Shown: positions 9,836 to 19,845 of the stretch, piece after piece | Layout: every line of letters starts with the position of its first letter | Numbering within the stretch: position 1 is the stretch's first letter | Assembly: GCA_030550175.1 (NCBI GenBank) | Contig: JAUQPW010000009.1 | Location: 5,459 to 69,458 of the forward strand | Reading direction: 5' to 3' | Source of the DNA: a bacterium | GTDB taxonomy: Bacteria; Moduliflexota; Moduliflexia; Moduliflexales; JAUQPW01 | DNA length: 64,000 bases | Notes under the pieces: model-generated | What the model was told of the DNA's origin: nothing | The model's input: the letters and a program-made list of their open reading frames with translations, nothing else | Databases searched by the model: none | Program-made: the position numbers and the translations under genes

Positions 9836-10912
9836 ATGATTATCCAACTTCTCCCGTCTGTCCACAGTGGTGATGCCGTAGGAGATAGCGCCTTTGAGAT
9901 AAGTAAAGCCCTTTCGGAGATAGGGATCGAAAATCATATCCTGGGGATTCATATTGACGACCACCTTCGGAATAAGGTGATAGATTTTAGGGAGTTTAAA
10001 ACTTACAATGCTCCGGATACCGTCCACATCTACCATTTTGCAGTCCCTTCTCCTATTACCTATGCCTTCCAGGAAGCTCAAGGGAAGAAAATTCTTATCT
10101 ATCACAATATTACCCCTCCCCACTTTTTTGAAGGCTACTATCCGGAACTGGTGCAGATGACCGTAACCGGTCGTCACGAGATCAAGCTTCTTGCGGACTG
10201 TACGGATCTGGCCCTGGGAGATTCGGAATTTAATCGCAGGGAACTGGAAGCCTATGGGTTTAAGAAGACCGGAGTACTCCCTTTACTCGTCGATTTCGAT
10301 AAATATAAAGTCCCTCCGGATCCCGCGGTTTTGAAAAAGTTCGGCCCTGAAACAGCCAGCGCGGAGAAAACCGTTAATCTTCTCTTTGTTGGACGGGTCT
10401 CGCCCAATAAAAAACACGAAGATCTTATCAAAACTTTCTACTTTTATCAGAAATATATTTATCCTTCCTCGCGACTGTTGTTGGTCGGTAAATATAAAGG
10501 CATGGAAAAGTACCTTCAATTTTTACAAGGCCTGGTGAAAAAGCTTCAACTATCCGAAGTTCACTTTGTCGGACACGTCTCCTTAGAAGAGTTGGTAGCT
10601 TTTTATAAAGTATCCCAGGTATTCTTATGCCTGAGCGAACATGAAGGATTTTGTGTGCCTTTGCTGGAAAGTATGGTTTTCGATCTTCCCATTTTAGCTT
10701 ACCGCTCCACGGCAGTCCCCTTCACCCTTGGATCTTCTGGAATCCTTATCAACGAAAAGCGTTATGAAGAAATAGCCGAGATGATCCAACTGCTCGTAAC
10801 CGACCCGACTTTACGAGGATCCATTATCCAGGCCCAAAGAAAACGATTGATGTTTTTTTCAAGGGAACGGGTAAAGGAGATACTCTTCAACTATCTCAAA
10901 ACCGTGATTTAA
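9836..10912 (+). CDS. Glycosyltransferase family 4 (tandem paralog of the upstream gene)
   Basis: GDAVGD, YHNITPP, LALGDSEFNR, SEHEGFCVPLLE; co-linear with 8702-9766. Start at ATG 9836 inferred from the paralog alignment. Confidence 0.88.
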   Translation: MIIQLLPSVHSGDAVGDSAFEISKALSEIGIENHILGIHIDDHLRNKVIDFREFKTYNAPDTVHIYHFAVPSPITYAFQEAQGKKILIYHNITPPHFFEGYYPELVQMTVTGRHEIKLLADCTDLALGDSEFNRRELEAYGFKKTGVLPLLVDFDKYKVPPDPAVLKKFGPETASAEKTVNLLFVGRVSPNKKHEDLIKTFYFYQKYIYPSSRLLLVGKYKGMEKYLQFLQGLVKKLQLSEVHFVGHVSLEELVAFYKVSQVFLCLSEHEGFCVPLLESMVFDLPILAYRSTAVPFTLGSSGILINEKRYEEIAEMIQLLVTDPTLRGSIIQAQRKRLMFFSRERVKEILFNYLKTVI

Positions 10913-11003
10913 CATCAAGTTTACGCTAAGTCAACTGCATGGCCGGCTCCGGACGAACCGGGTGGGTTTTAGAGAATATTTCAATCTAACCGGGTATTAT
11001 ATC

Positions 11004-11031
11004 TTGACTCTATCGGCAGGTAGGGTATAAT
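11004..11031 (+). promoter_or_regulatory. sigma70-type promoter
   Basis: TTGACT-N16-TATAAT, 33 bp upstream of ATG 11065 with SD AAGGA. Confidence 0.7.
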
Positions 11032-11064
11032 TATACTAAATTCCTTAGAAAGGAACGGACAAAG

Positions 11065-12720
11065 ATGTTAAAGAAATTTCTTATTACTTTAATTTGTCTG
11101 ATAATCGCGGGCTTTCTGATTATTAACAAATTTTACCCGGAGCTTATCCAGAATCTTAATAAAACTAAAGGGACTTCTGAAGAGAAAGCGCCTGTTTCTT
11201 TGGAGCAAGGCAAGATCGTGGCTAACAAAGAACTTCCCCGTCTGGGTCCTCCTGGGGATTATAAACCCCAGGGAGACACGGTAGATGTTGAGCTTAGTGT
11301 CTGGCCGGGTTATGCTCCTCTGATTGTAGCCAATGGAGGACTTAATCCCAATCCAGATTCCTATTTCTTCAGAAAGCATGGATTTAAACTTAAGATTGCA
11401 ATCAGTGAAGCTGAAGCCGAGGCCTGGCAGGCAATTAATAGTGGGAAAAATGCCATCAGTGCAACCACGGTGGATGTATTAGCCCTGTACGCAAACCAGC
11501 TAAAGGTAGAGGTTCCGATACAATTGGACTTTTCCCGGGGAGGAGATGGAATTCTGACCCGAAAGGAAATCAACAGTATCAACCAGCTTAAAGGGAAAGT
11601 CCTCACGGTAGCCCAATTTACAGAGTCAGACTTTTTCATTCGATTTTTAGCCCAGGAAGCCGGATTACAGGTTAAACCCCTGAAGGGATTGAAAGATTCC
11701 ATAGACCCGGAACGGGTTAATTTGCTCTTCACAGAAACGGCCTTTGATGCAGCCGATGCCTTTGTAGAAAGTGTGGAGAAGGGAGATCAGATGATTAGTG
11801 GGGCGGTAACCTGGTCCCCGAAAACCATCGAAGTCCCCAAGGCCTATCCGGATAAGATAAAGCTATTGACCTCGAATCGGAACCTGTTGGTCGTTGCAGA
11901 TATTTTGATTGTAAATGCCGGATTTGCTCGACAGAACCCGAAGATTATGAAGGGGCTGGTGGAAGGAATCTTGATGGGTGTGGAGATGATTCGTAAAGAT
12001 CCGGAAAATACTTTACCGGTTGTTGCAAAGGCTTTTAATATGGGTCTGGAAGAGCTACGGGAATCCCTACAAGACGTTCATCTATCGAATCATGCCGAGA
12101 ATATGTTATTTTTTTCTTCGGAGCCTGGGCAAATCGGAAGTTTTAATGAGTTATATTATTCGGCGGTATACGCCTATGGGAAAGAAGTGATTAAAGATGT
12201 TGTGGCACCGGAGAAGTTAGTCAATAAAACGTATTTGGAAGAACTCGCCCGGGAAGGACTTTTCCAGGGACAAACCGTTGAACTGGCTCCGATTAAAAGT
12301 ATGGAGAAAGCCGAGGCCCTGGAAAGGAACCCTTTGTTGACCAAGCAAATTCGGTTTTACTTTGATCCGAACACGAGTACTCTGGACCTGACGAATCCCA
12401 CGAACCAACAGGCACTAAAAGACCTAGCAACTCTACTCAAAATCTCGCCGGGATCTTATTTACTTTTGAGAGGACATCTGGATAACACCAAGGTTGAAGA
12501 GTTTAAACAGAAAGGAGAGGCCTTTTATCGTAAGCAAGCGGTACGGGCTATTGAAATGTCCAAGCAACGCGCTGAATCTGTAAAAGCTACCCTGCTTAAA
12601 AACTATCCGATAGACCCGAAGCGAATCGACACGGAAGGACGGGGTTGGGATGAGCCATTACCCGGTGCACAGCCAGAAGAAAATCGTCGGGTGGAAGTCC
12701 AGTTATTTACCCTGGAATAA
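11065..12720 (+). CDS. NMT1/THI5/SsuA-like substrate-binding domain fused to a C-terminal OmpA-like domain; N-terminal membrane anchor
   Basis: N-terminal hydrophobic helix; WPGYAPL, DFSRGGDGI, VTWSP (type II periplasmic binding fold); C-terminal FYFD...LRGHLD...SKQRAESVK...GRGWDEP...NRRVEV. Confidence 0.8.
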   Translation: MLKKFLITLICLIIAGFLIINKFYPELIQNLNKTKGTSEEKAPVSLEQGKIVANKELPRLGPPGDYKPQGDTVDVELSVWPGYAPLIVANGGLNPNPDSYFFRKHGFKLKIAISEAEAEAWQAINSGKNAISATTVDVLALYANQLKVEVPIQLDFSRGGDGILTRKEINSINQLKGKVLTVAQFTESDFFIRFLAQEAGLQVKPLKGLKDSIDPERVNLLFTETAFDAADAFVESVEKGDQMISGAVTWSPKTIEVPKAYPDKIKLLTSNRNLLVVADILIVNAGFARQNPKIMKGLVEGILMGVEMIRKDPENTLPVVAKAFNMGLEELRESLQDVHLSNHAENMLFFSSEPGQIGSFNELYYSAVYAYGKEVIKDVVAPEKLVNKTYLEELAREGLFQGQTVELAPIKSMEKAEALERNPLLTKQIRFYFDPNTSTLDLTNPTNQQALKDLATLLKISPGSYLLLRGHLDNTKVEEFKQKGEAFYRKQAVRAIEMSKQRAESVKATLLKNYPIDPKRIDTEGRGWDEPLPGAQPEENRRVEVQLFTLE

Positions 12721-12743
12721 GGGGTTGGAGAAGAGGCTGTTTT

Positions 12744-13544
12744 ATGTCGCCGGCCCTCAAAGATCTCAAAGAAAAATATTCCATCTTACTCAAGGATCCC
12801 TATTTTTGGATGATCCGGGGGGTGATCGGTCTGGCCGGGGCTCTTTATACGCCCTGGGCTTTTGCCATTCTTCCTATCGGAGAGGTTTTAGGATTAACCT
12901 GGTTTGATCAACTCTTTAAAGACAAGTTGGAACAACAAAGGGTAACAGCTCTGGAGAAAGAAAAGGAAAATTTATTAAAGTTGCTTCCGGATAAGGACAA
13001 AGCCTGGTACATGCGGGTAGTCGCCTATATTGAGCAGGTAAAAAAGCAATTAACCGATCAAGAATATCAAGAACAAATCAATTTTGATGAGCTTTCCCTG
13101 GATTTTATTAAGAGGCTGGTTCTTCTAAGAAAGGTTGAAGAAGCCGCCCGTTACATGTCCGAGGAAGCGATCACCGATGAAATCAGCAGGCTGGAGGAGA
13201 TGCTTAAACAGGAAACCAACACCCGGGTTCGTACTGCTTTATCCGAGCGTTTAACCCTGCAGCAGCAACGTCTGGAACTTAAAAAAAAGGTGAACTCGAA
13301 GATACGAGAAATGGAAGCGCAGCTCGGTTTGATCGAAGATCAAATTCTTCACCTGAGGGATCTGGCCATCTCCTCAAGGATTCAGGATAAGGCCAGCCAG
13401 GAGGCTGTTTCTAGTTTACTCGGATCCGATGTAAGCGATAAAATAGCAGACTTGAGTCAACAACTCCGAATCTCATCAGAAATTGCCGAAGAGATGCAGG
13501 CGATGTTGGAAGACCCCTCCCATCGACCGCTTATGGAAAAATAA
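12744..13544 (+). CDS. Hypothetical protein with N-terminal hydrophobic hairpin and long coiled-coil
   Basis: Hydrophobic residues about 19-52, then E/K/Q/L-rich heptads; 23 bp after the previous stop, SD GAGG. Confidence 0.7.
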   Translation: MSPALKDLKEKYSILLKDPYFWMIRGVIGLAGALYTPWAFAILPIGEVLGLTWFDQLFKDKLEQQRVTALEKEKENLLKLLPDKDKAWYMRVVAYIEQVKKQLTDQEYQEQINFDELSLDFIKRLVLLRKVEEAARYMSEEAITDEISRLEEMLKQETNTRVRTALSERLTLQQQRLELKKKVNSKIREMEAQLGLIEDQILHLRDLAISSRIQDKASQEAVSSLLGSDVSDKIADLSQQLRISSEIAEEMQAMLEDPSHRPLMEK

Positions 13545-13549
13545 AATCT

Positions 13550-14365
13550 GTGAAAGCCTTACGATTTCAACAACCTGGTCTCATAATGCTCCTTTTGTGG
13601 GGATATATAGGACTCCTAATGGGATGTGAACAAACCCCTTCCCCTCAAAAACCCTCAGAAACACCAACTCCTAAACCCAATGAGTCCAAAGTTCAGGCCG
13701 TTGGGCCTACCCCGACACCCTATCAGATTGATCTGTCTGAGGTTTCTCTACCGACTTCCGACACCCTCCAGAAGGATACGCTGGGTCTGTTTTTCTGTCT
13801 GGATATTTCTGGAAGCATGGGAGGGTGGATAGAGAACAAAAAGAAAATCGATATCAGTAAAGAGGCCATGCGGAAGGTTTTTACCCAAATAGCCTCCTAT
13901 GTCCAATCCCATCCAGAAAAGAAAGTCGAGGTGGGACTTTGCTCCTTCGATCACCGTGTGAATCTCTTACAACCCCTGGAGACATTCGACCAAAATAAAC
14001 TGGAAAGGATGATCCAGCCCTTACAACCATCGGGCAATACTGCTATCGGGGATGCCATCCTCCTGGCATTTAAAGAGATCCTCAAATCGGGAGTCGAAAC
14101 CAAGGCAATTCTGGTAATGACCGATGGGGAAAATAATCGAGGGGTTCCTCCGGAACTGGCCGTTGATGCCATCAAACATGATCGAAACAATCGGCAGGTT
14201 CTAACGGCAGATGTTGATGTGTTTCTCATTGCCTTCGATGTGAATGCTAGCGTTTTTGAAGGCGTTAAAAAGGCAGGCGCTATTGTTGTAGAGTCCAGGG
14301 ATCAGAAATCTCTGGAAGGGGTTTTAAGCTCCATTGTGGAGCAGGTTTTGCTGGAAGCCAAGTAA
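13550..14365 (+). CDS. vWA-domain lipoprotein
   Basis: Lipobox LLMG-C, Pro/Thr-rich linker, intact MIDAS (DISGS, GNT, MTDG). Confidence 0.85.
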   Translation: MKALRFQQPGLIMLLLWGYIGLLMGCEQTPSPQKPSETPTPKPNESKVQAVGPTPTPYQIDLSEVSLPTSDTLQKDTLGLFFCLDISGSMGGWIENKKKIDISKEAMRKVFTQIASYVQSHPEKKVEVGLCSFDHRVNLLQPLETFDQNKLERMIQPLQPSGNTAIGDAILLAFKEILKSGVETKAILVMTDGENNRGVPPELAVDAIKHDRNNRQVLTADVDVFLIAFDVNASVFEGVKKAGAIVVESRDQKSLEGVLSSIVEQVLLEAK

Positions 14366-14427
14366 TGTCGGGTGGTTCCCAAAGAGTCATGACGATTTCA
14401 GGGGGAGAAGGTATCAGTGCAGGAGAT

Positions 14428-15396
14428 TTATCTTTTCTGAAGCAGGACGATATCTTGATGGTCATTCAATCCCCCGGGAATGTAATCCAATATATCGAAA
14501 TACGCCGGATACTTATCAAGAATATATCTCTGTGTATGATAAGCCGTTTGATACCAATCCGGGAATATACCCTTCCAGTTATTTAAGGTTTTAAAAACAA
14601 AACCGGCTTTTTCTATTTTGTTCACTTCCTCCCCGGGAAGATTCTTCCAGAAATGATAACCGTGAACGGTTAAAAGGAGGATGCCTTCAAATTTCATTAC
14701 CCGACGGAGTTCCTGTAACCAGCAAAACTGATAATCTTCATTGAGATGGGTAAAGACGGATATTGCATAAACAAAATCAAATTTCTCCGAAGCATACTCC
14801 AGAGGTGGCAGGGGATGGTTAAGGCTAAAACTGACAAAACGAAGGTTATGGTGGCACCAGGCGATGGCTTCTCGGTCGATATCTGTTCCATAAAAATGGG
14901 CGGATAAGGAACGATCTGCAAACCAGAGGAGGGTACGACCACAACCGCAACCAAAATCCAGAATATCTTGAAAGGAATTCAAATTTTTACCTATTCTTAA
15001 GAGAGCGGCCTCAATATCCTGACTACACCGTTTACCTACCTCTAAGAAGCTTTTAATATAGGGGTCTCCGTGCACGCGATATCGTAAAGATGCCGGAGGG
15101 ATAGGAGCAAATACGGCCTGCCGGTCTGCCCGGCAGACCGGTCGGAGATATCGCCGATCCCACAAACCCATATACCGACAAAGCAGTTTCATATAACACC
15201 TTCGGTAGAGGAAAGTAACAATCGGCAGAGCTTTAGCAGGTAAGTAAGGTTTGAGGATATTCCAGATACCCTTAAGGCTGAACATTTTTTCCTTCGTTTT
15301 AAAGTAAAGGGTCCTCCAAAGGTTCTTTCGTTTTACCATCCTATGATTTCCCTTTATCCCTGTCAAGGGCCTGCCTGGGAAAAGTTCAAATTTCAC
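14428..15396 (-). CDS. Class I SAM-dependent methyltransferase (true start probably downstream of 15396)
   Basis: ILDFGCGCGR, GTDID, FDFVYAISVFTHL motifs. Confidence 0.8.
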   Translation of the reverse strand: MKFELFPGRPLTGIKGNHRMVKRKNLWRTLYFKTKEKMFSLKGIWNILKPYLPAKALPIVTFLYRRCYMKLLCRYMGLWDRRYLRPVCRADRQAVFAPIPPASLRYRVHGDPYIKSFLEVGKRCSQDIEAALLRIGKNLNSFQDILDFGCGCGRTLLWFADRSLSAHFYGTDIDREAIAWCHHNLRFVSFSLNHPLPPLEYASEKFDFVYAISVFTHLNEDYQFCWLQELRRVMKFEGILLLTVHGYHFWKNLPGEEVNKIEKAGFVFKTLNNWKGIFPDWYQTAYHTQRYILDKYPAYFDILDYIPGGLNDHQDIVLLQKR

Positions 15397-15598
15397 CAGG
15401 CCGGTTCATGGGTTGCTTAGCCCTGAGACTTCGCCGATACAGGCCTGCTTTCACAGAGCTGATCTTATCCTGAAACTTGAGTTTCTGAGAGAAATACTTG
15501 ACAGGAAAATTCTTTTATGAAATAAAACATATGGATTCCTTCGATCCGAGTTGATTTAAAGTATCTGGGACCGTTAAATACAGGTAAGCGTGTATCCT

Positions 15599-16297
15599 AT
15601 GGAATATCGCTTTACGATCAAAGAAATGCCTGAAGATGAAAGGCCTCGAGAGCGGCTGGCGAGTTTCGGACCGGAAGCCCTCTCCAACCACGAGCTCCTG
15701 GCCATTATTCTTTCGACCGGATATAAAGCAGGTGGAAGGACTTACACGGCGCTGGAACTGGCTACGCAACTCCTGAATCATTTTGGAAGCCTGAAAGAAT
15801 TGGCTAAAGCGAGTTTTGAAGAACTGTGTAAACTTCCCGGAGTAGGTCCTGCTAAGGCCTGCCAGATCAAGAGCGCCTTTGAACTGGGAAATCGTGTGGC
15901 CTTATCCGGTGGGGAACCAAAACCTGTCATCAAAAGACCCCAGGATGTGGTTCAGTACTTTAAAAATCGAATGAGCCTGCTCAAAAAAGAAGAGTTCGTC
16001 GTAGCGGTTCTGGATACCAAGAATAAGCTTGTTAAAGATGTGGTAATCTCTCGAGGAACCTTGAACGCTTCCATTGTCCATCCCCGGGATGTTTTTAACG
16101 TAGCGGTAACCCACATGGCCAGTGCCCTCATCCTTCTCCACAATCATCCTTCCGGAGACCCTTCCCCAAGTGGAGAGGACATCGAAATCACCCGACGATT
16201 GGCCGAAGCCGGAAAACTGATGGGAATTGAGGTTCTGGATCATATCATCATCGGAGATGGGAACTACGCAAGCCTGAAGGAGATGAAGCTTTTCTGA
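15599..16297 (+). CDS. radC: RadC family (JAB/MPN domain) protein
   Basis: ERPRERL, HhH GVGPAKA, VHPRDVF, HNHPSGDPSPSGED, LDHIII. Confidence 0.93.
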   Translation: MEYRFTIKEMPEDERPRERLASFGPEALSNHELLAIILSTGYKAGGRTYTALELATQLLNHFGSLKELAKASFEELCKLPGVGPAKACQIKSAFELGNRVALSGGEPKPVIKRPQDVVQYFKNRMSLLKKEEFVVAVLDTKNKLVKDVVISRGTLNASIVHPRDVFNVAVTHMASALILLHNHPSGDPSPSGEDIEITRRLAEAGKLMGIEVLDHIIIGDGNYASLKEMKLF

Positions 16298-16353
16298 ATT
16301 TTAAAACCCTATCTACGGTTACCTGCAAGATTATTCTTTTTAAAGCAAATCTG

Positions 16354-18741
16354 TTATTTTTCTTTTATTTCATGGACCCCATCCCAATGGGGAGGCGGTG
16401 GATTTAACTTATAATTCTGACAATGTTCCAGGAAAAGTTTACAGGCTTTGTCTTCCGTTTTTATCTTTAAAGCCTTCTCAAAACAGAAGATAGCCTGATC
16501 CCAGTTCTGGTTTCGATATTCCTTTAAACCGGCCTCAAAGGTATGAATAAAATCCTGGACCTCCGGAGAAGGAATCCCCTCTCCGATTAATTCATAGATG
16601 GTGACGGGTTCTATCTTTCCTTTGACCGTGATTCGATCTAACTCCCGTACAACAAAAGGATGGTCTTTAATAAGTTTATAGGTATTCTCACTCAGGACAA
16701 TATTGGTTCCATACAGTTTATTGACCCCTTCCAGCCGAGAAGCTAAATTGACCTGATCTCCAATGATGGTATAATCGAACCGACTATGGGAGCCCATATT
16801 TCCTACAACTACTTCACCGGAATTGATCCCGATTCCAATATCCAGAAACGGATATCCTTGGGTTTTCCATTGGATCCGCATTTCTCTTAATTTAGCCATC
16901 ATATCGAGGGCAGTTTTACAGGCTCGAACGGCATGATCTTCTTGGGGTAAAGGGGCACCAAAAAAAGCCATGATGGCATCCCCCATGTATTTATCCAGAG
17001 TCCCTTTATAGTCCATGACGATATCGGTCATAGGAGTGAGATATCCGTTGAGAAAATGAACTAGTTTTTCTGCATCCAGCTTCTCAGACATGGAAGTAAA
17101 TCCGCGAATATCCGAGAATAGAACCGTCAGATATTTTCGTTCACCGCCCAATTTAAGCCTTTCAACGTCTTCCAGGAGCTCATCCACAACGGCCGGGGAT
17201 ACATAGTGTTGGAAGGCGTTTCGGATTTCCCTTTTACGACGCTCTTCTGAAAAGTATTTATACGAAGTAAGACTCGTATAACTGATGGCTATCAATAGAA
17301 AAGGATAGGTAAAGTTTAACCAAACCTTTGAATAAATAAATGCTCCATAAACGAACCCGGCCAAAAGGGTTATACAAAACAGGGTCAGGGCAATTCCGGT
17401 CACTAATCTTAATCTGGGGAGGAGAAAACCGATTAAGAAACCCACACATAAAATAACCAGACCATCCACGGCAATGGCGATTCCAGGTCGGGTTAGAAAA
17501 TCCCTTTGAAGAATATTTTCAATAACAGTGGCATGGATCTCAACCCCGGGAAACTTGGCCTGAAAAGGGGTAGGATGTAAATCCTGGCTGATATCCCCGG
17601 TCCATCCCAGCAGGACAATTTTATCTTTCACATTTTCAGGACGAATTTCCTTTTCACAACGCGAATCCAGGGGCTTTCCGGTAATACGCTCACAGAGAAT
17701 AACATCGGCCAGAGAGTAGTAACGAAACATCCCTTCGGGTCCGTAATAATTGATCAGAAGCCGGGCCTGCTCATCTACCGGTATGAGAATATCTTTCAGT
17801 AGAATACTATCTACTTCGCCGTACCTTCCCTCTGTAGTTTCACGGATATAAATAATAGGCTGTGAAGCGTTGGGATCCAGCGCAAAGCGAGCTATTTCTA
17901 AATCCAGAGAAGGATAATAATTTCCTTTATACTCCATCAGTAAGGGGACCCATCTACGATTCCCATCCACGTCTGGAAATACATTAAAATGTCCGAAGCT
18001 TTTCGCTGCATTGGAAAATCTGGGAATATTAAGCTCTGCTTCCACTCCACGCTCGAGCTTTAGAGGAGGACGTATGGCCGAGCGATAGCGTAGGATTCCG
18101 TACCTGGTACGGGAGATAAGCTGCTGATTGGCTTCAGATTGCTCAGGTGTAATCTGTCGGGCATCGTTTGCCGAGAGATAATAGGTCCCTAAAATGGCAT
18201 TACCGAAACTCTTGAGAGCCTCTTCCAGTCTGGCATCGTAGTCGAGATCGGTTTCTAACTCCTGGAGATGTTTTAAATAATCAGGATCCGCATTACTTCC
18301 TGTCTTTGAAAGGTAATCCGCTTTAAGGGATTGAATAGCCTGGAGGGCCGTATTTTCACCGGTGGTCGAGAAACTTACATCGAATCCAATAACCCGTGCA
18401 CCTCCCTGAGTCAGGATACGGATAAAATCCGCAGTCCAGGCTCTTCCGGTAGATTGCCACCTCCCTAATCGATCATGGGTTTTTTCATCCACGGCAACAA
18501 TGAGGATATGATCGGTAGGCATTCGGGGACCTCGTACTTGAAACCTGAAATTGAGGGTATAGGCCTCAATGATATCCAGCAGATTCAACCTCAAGAACCG
18601 GTAATAGGAACCTTCCATCCTGGGCAAAACGTATAGGAGTAATATGAGGAGGGTCCAAATCAAACTTATGAAAAGACCCATACGTCGACCTTCTCCACCA
18701 TGTTTTTTCTTTTTTCCAGATTTATCAGGTTTATCCGCCAT
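16354..18741 (-). CDS. CHASE2-domain adenylate/guanylate cyclase
   Basis: CHASE2 (IVAVDE, FPDVDG, PGVEIHA), three TMs, class III cyclase FSDIRGFT, DKYMGDAIMAFF, GDQVNLASRLE. Confidence 0.92.
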   Translation of the reverse strand: MADKPDKSGKKKKHGGEGRRMGLFISLIWTLLILLLYVLPRMEGSYYRFLRLNLLDIIEAYTLNFRFQVRGPRMPTDHILIVAVDEKTHDRLGRWQSTGRAWTADFIRILTQGGARVIGFDVSFSTTGENTALQAIQSLKADYLSKTGSNADPDYLKHLQELETDLDYDARLEEALKSFGNAILGTYYLSANDARQITPEQSEANQQLISRTRYGILRYRSAIRPPLKLERGVEAELNIPRFSNAAKSFGHFNVFPDVDGNRRWVPLLMEYKGNYYPSLDLEIARFALDPNASQPIIYIRETTEGRYGEVDSILLKDILIPVDEQARLLINYYGPEGMFRYYSLADVILCERITGKPLDSRCEKEIRPENVKDKIVLLGWTGDISQDLHPTPFQAKFPGVEIHATVIENILQRDFLTRPGIAIAVDGLVILCVGFLIGFLLPRLRLVTGIALTLFCITLLAGFVYGAFIYSKVWLNFTYPFLLIAISYTSLTSYKYFSEERRKREIRNAFQHYVSPAVVDELLEDVERLKLGGERKYLTVLFSDIRGFTSMSEKLDAEKLVHFLNGYLTPMTDIVMDYKGTLDKYMGDAIMAFFGAPLPQEDHAVRACKTALDMMAKLREMRIQWKTQGYPFLDIGIGINSGEVVVGNMGSHSRFDYTIIGDQVNLASRLEGVNKLYGTNIVLSENTYKLIKDHPFVVRELDRITVKGKIEPVTIYELIGEGIPSPEVQDFIHTFEAGLKEYRNQNWDQAIFCFEKALKIKTEDKACKLFLEHCQNYKLNPPPPHWDGVHEIKEK

Positions 18742-18877
18742 ATTTAAAGGTTTAGGTAAAGTTAAATTAAGGACCCCTGAACTTTAACCGTGTTGCCTGC
18801 CTGGGGACAGGTTGGAAGGTACGCTTTACTCTAAACCAGGCCGCTTCTGTGAAGCCCTGGTTATTCTGGAACTTCCA

Positions 18878-19822
18878 TTAAGAACCTAAAAAACCCCTTA
18901 TCAGAGGAACAATCTCAGAGAGATGCTCTGCCACGAGAATTCCGGCCTCCTTAAACTTTTCAATCTTGGATCGAGTACTTCCTCGGGTTCCTTCCACGAT
19001 TACAGCAGCATGTCCGAATCGAACTCCCGGCATCTCATCGACAAAACGTCCAGCTACAAAAGCCACGATCGGCAGCGAAACCCTATGTTCGAGGACGTAC
19101 TCGGCTAACCTTTCTTCAGCCGTTCCGCCCGGTTCACAGAAGATAACGACTCCTCGGGTTTCCGGGTCTTTTTCAAACAGCGGGAGCAAATCCAGGAAGT
19201 TAGATCCTACCACAGGATCCCCACCGATACTCACACAGGTACTTTGACCGATCCCATGAAGGGTCAGTAGATTTGCAATCTCGGTGGTCATCCCACCACT
19301 TCTAGACATAACCCCTATAGGCCCCGGGGAATAAGCCTTTCGAACATCTTCAGCAGGCCCTCCAATCATACCGATTTTGATTCGATGGGGGGAAATGAGT
19401 CCTAAAGAGTTAGGTCCGATAATCCGGGCTCCCTTTTCCTCTGCATATTCTACCATCTCGATAACATCTTTCCGGGGAATCCGTTCGGTTACAATCACCA
19501 GGAGTTTAATATCATGATCCAGGGCTTCAAAGGCGGCACTCCTGGCAACCGAAGGAGGGACAGAGATGATAGAGGCAAATTGCGTTCTCTTCAAATTTTC
19601 CCTTTGTTCAGACCTCTCCAGGGCTTCCTGGACGGTATCATAAACGGGTACTCCGTAGACCTCAAGACCCCCTTTACCCGGAGTCACACCGGCTACCACT
19701 TTCGAGCCATAATCCAGAAGATTCTTCGTGAAGGTAGCCGCTTCCCTACCTGTAATACCTTGAACAATCAGGCGGGTATTTTCGTCGGCTAAAATCACAC
19801 CTGCAACAGGGTGAAAGACCAA
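18878..19822 (-). CDS. Succinate-CoA ligase alpha subunit-like (ADP-forming acyl-CoA synthetase) protein
   Basis: VQGITG, AGVTPGK, IIGPN, SRSGG, IGGDP, phospho-His motif FGHA. Confidence 0.85.
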   Translation of the reverse strand: MVFHPVAGVILADENTRLIVQGITGREAATFTKNLLDYGSKVVAGVTPGKGGLEVYGVPVYDTVQEALERSEQRENLKRTQFASIISVPPSVARSAAFEALDHDIKLLVIVTERIPRKDVIEMVEYAEEKGARIIGPNSLGLISPHRIKIGMIGGPAEDVRKAYSPGPIGVMSRSGGMTTEIANLLTLHGIGQSTCVSIGGDPVVGSNFLDLLPLFEKDPETRGVVIFCEPGGTAEERLAEYVLEHRVSLPIVAFVAGRFVDEMPGVRFGHAAVIVEGTRGSTRSKIEKFKEAGILVAEHLSEIVPLIRGFLGS

Positions 19823-19845
19823 AGGTGAAGGGGTAAAGTGGATTT

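Noticed and set aside
15599-16297. radC as a marker of a mobile element
   Set aside because: Full-length chromosomal type with N-terminal HhH region; no integrase or other mobility genes nearby.
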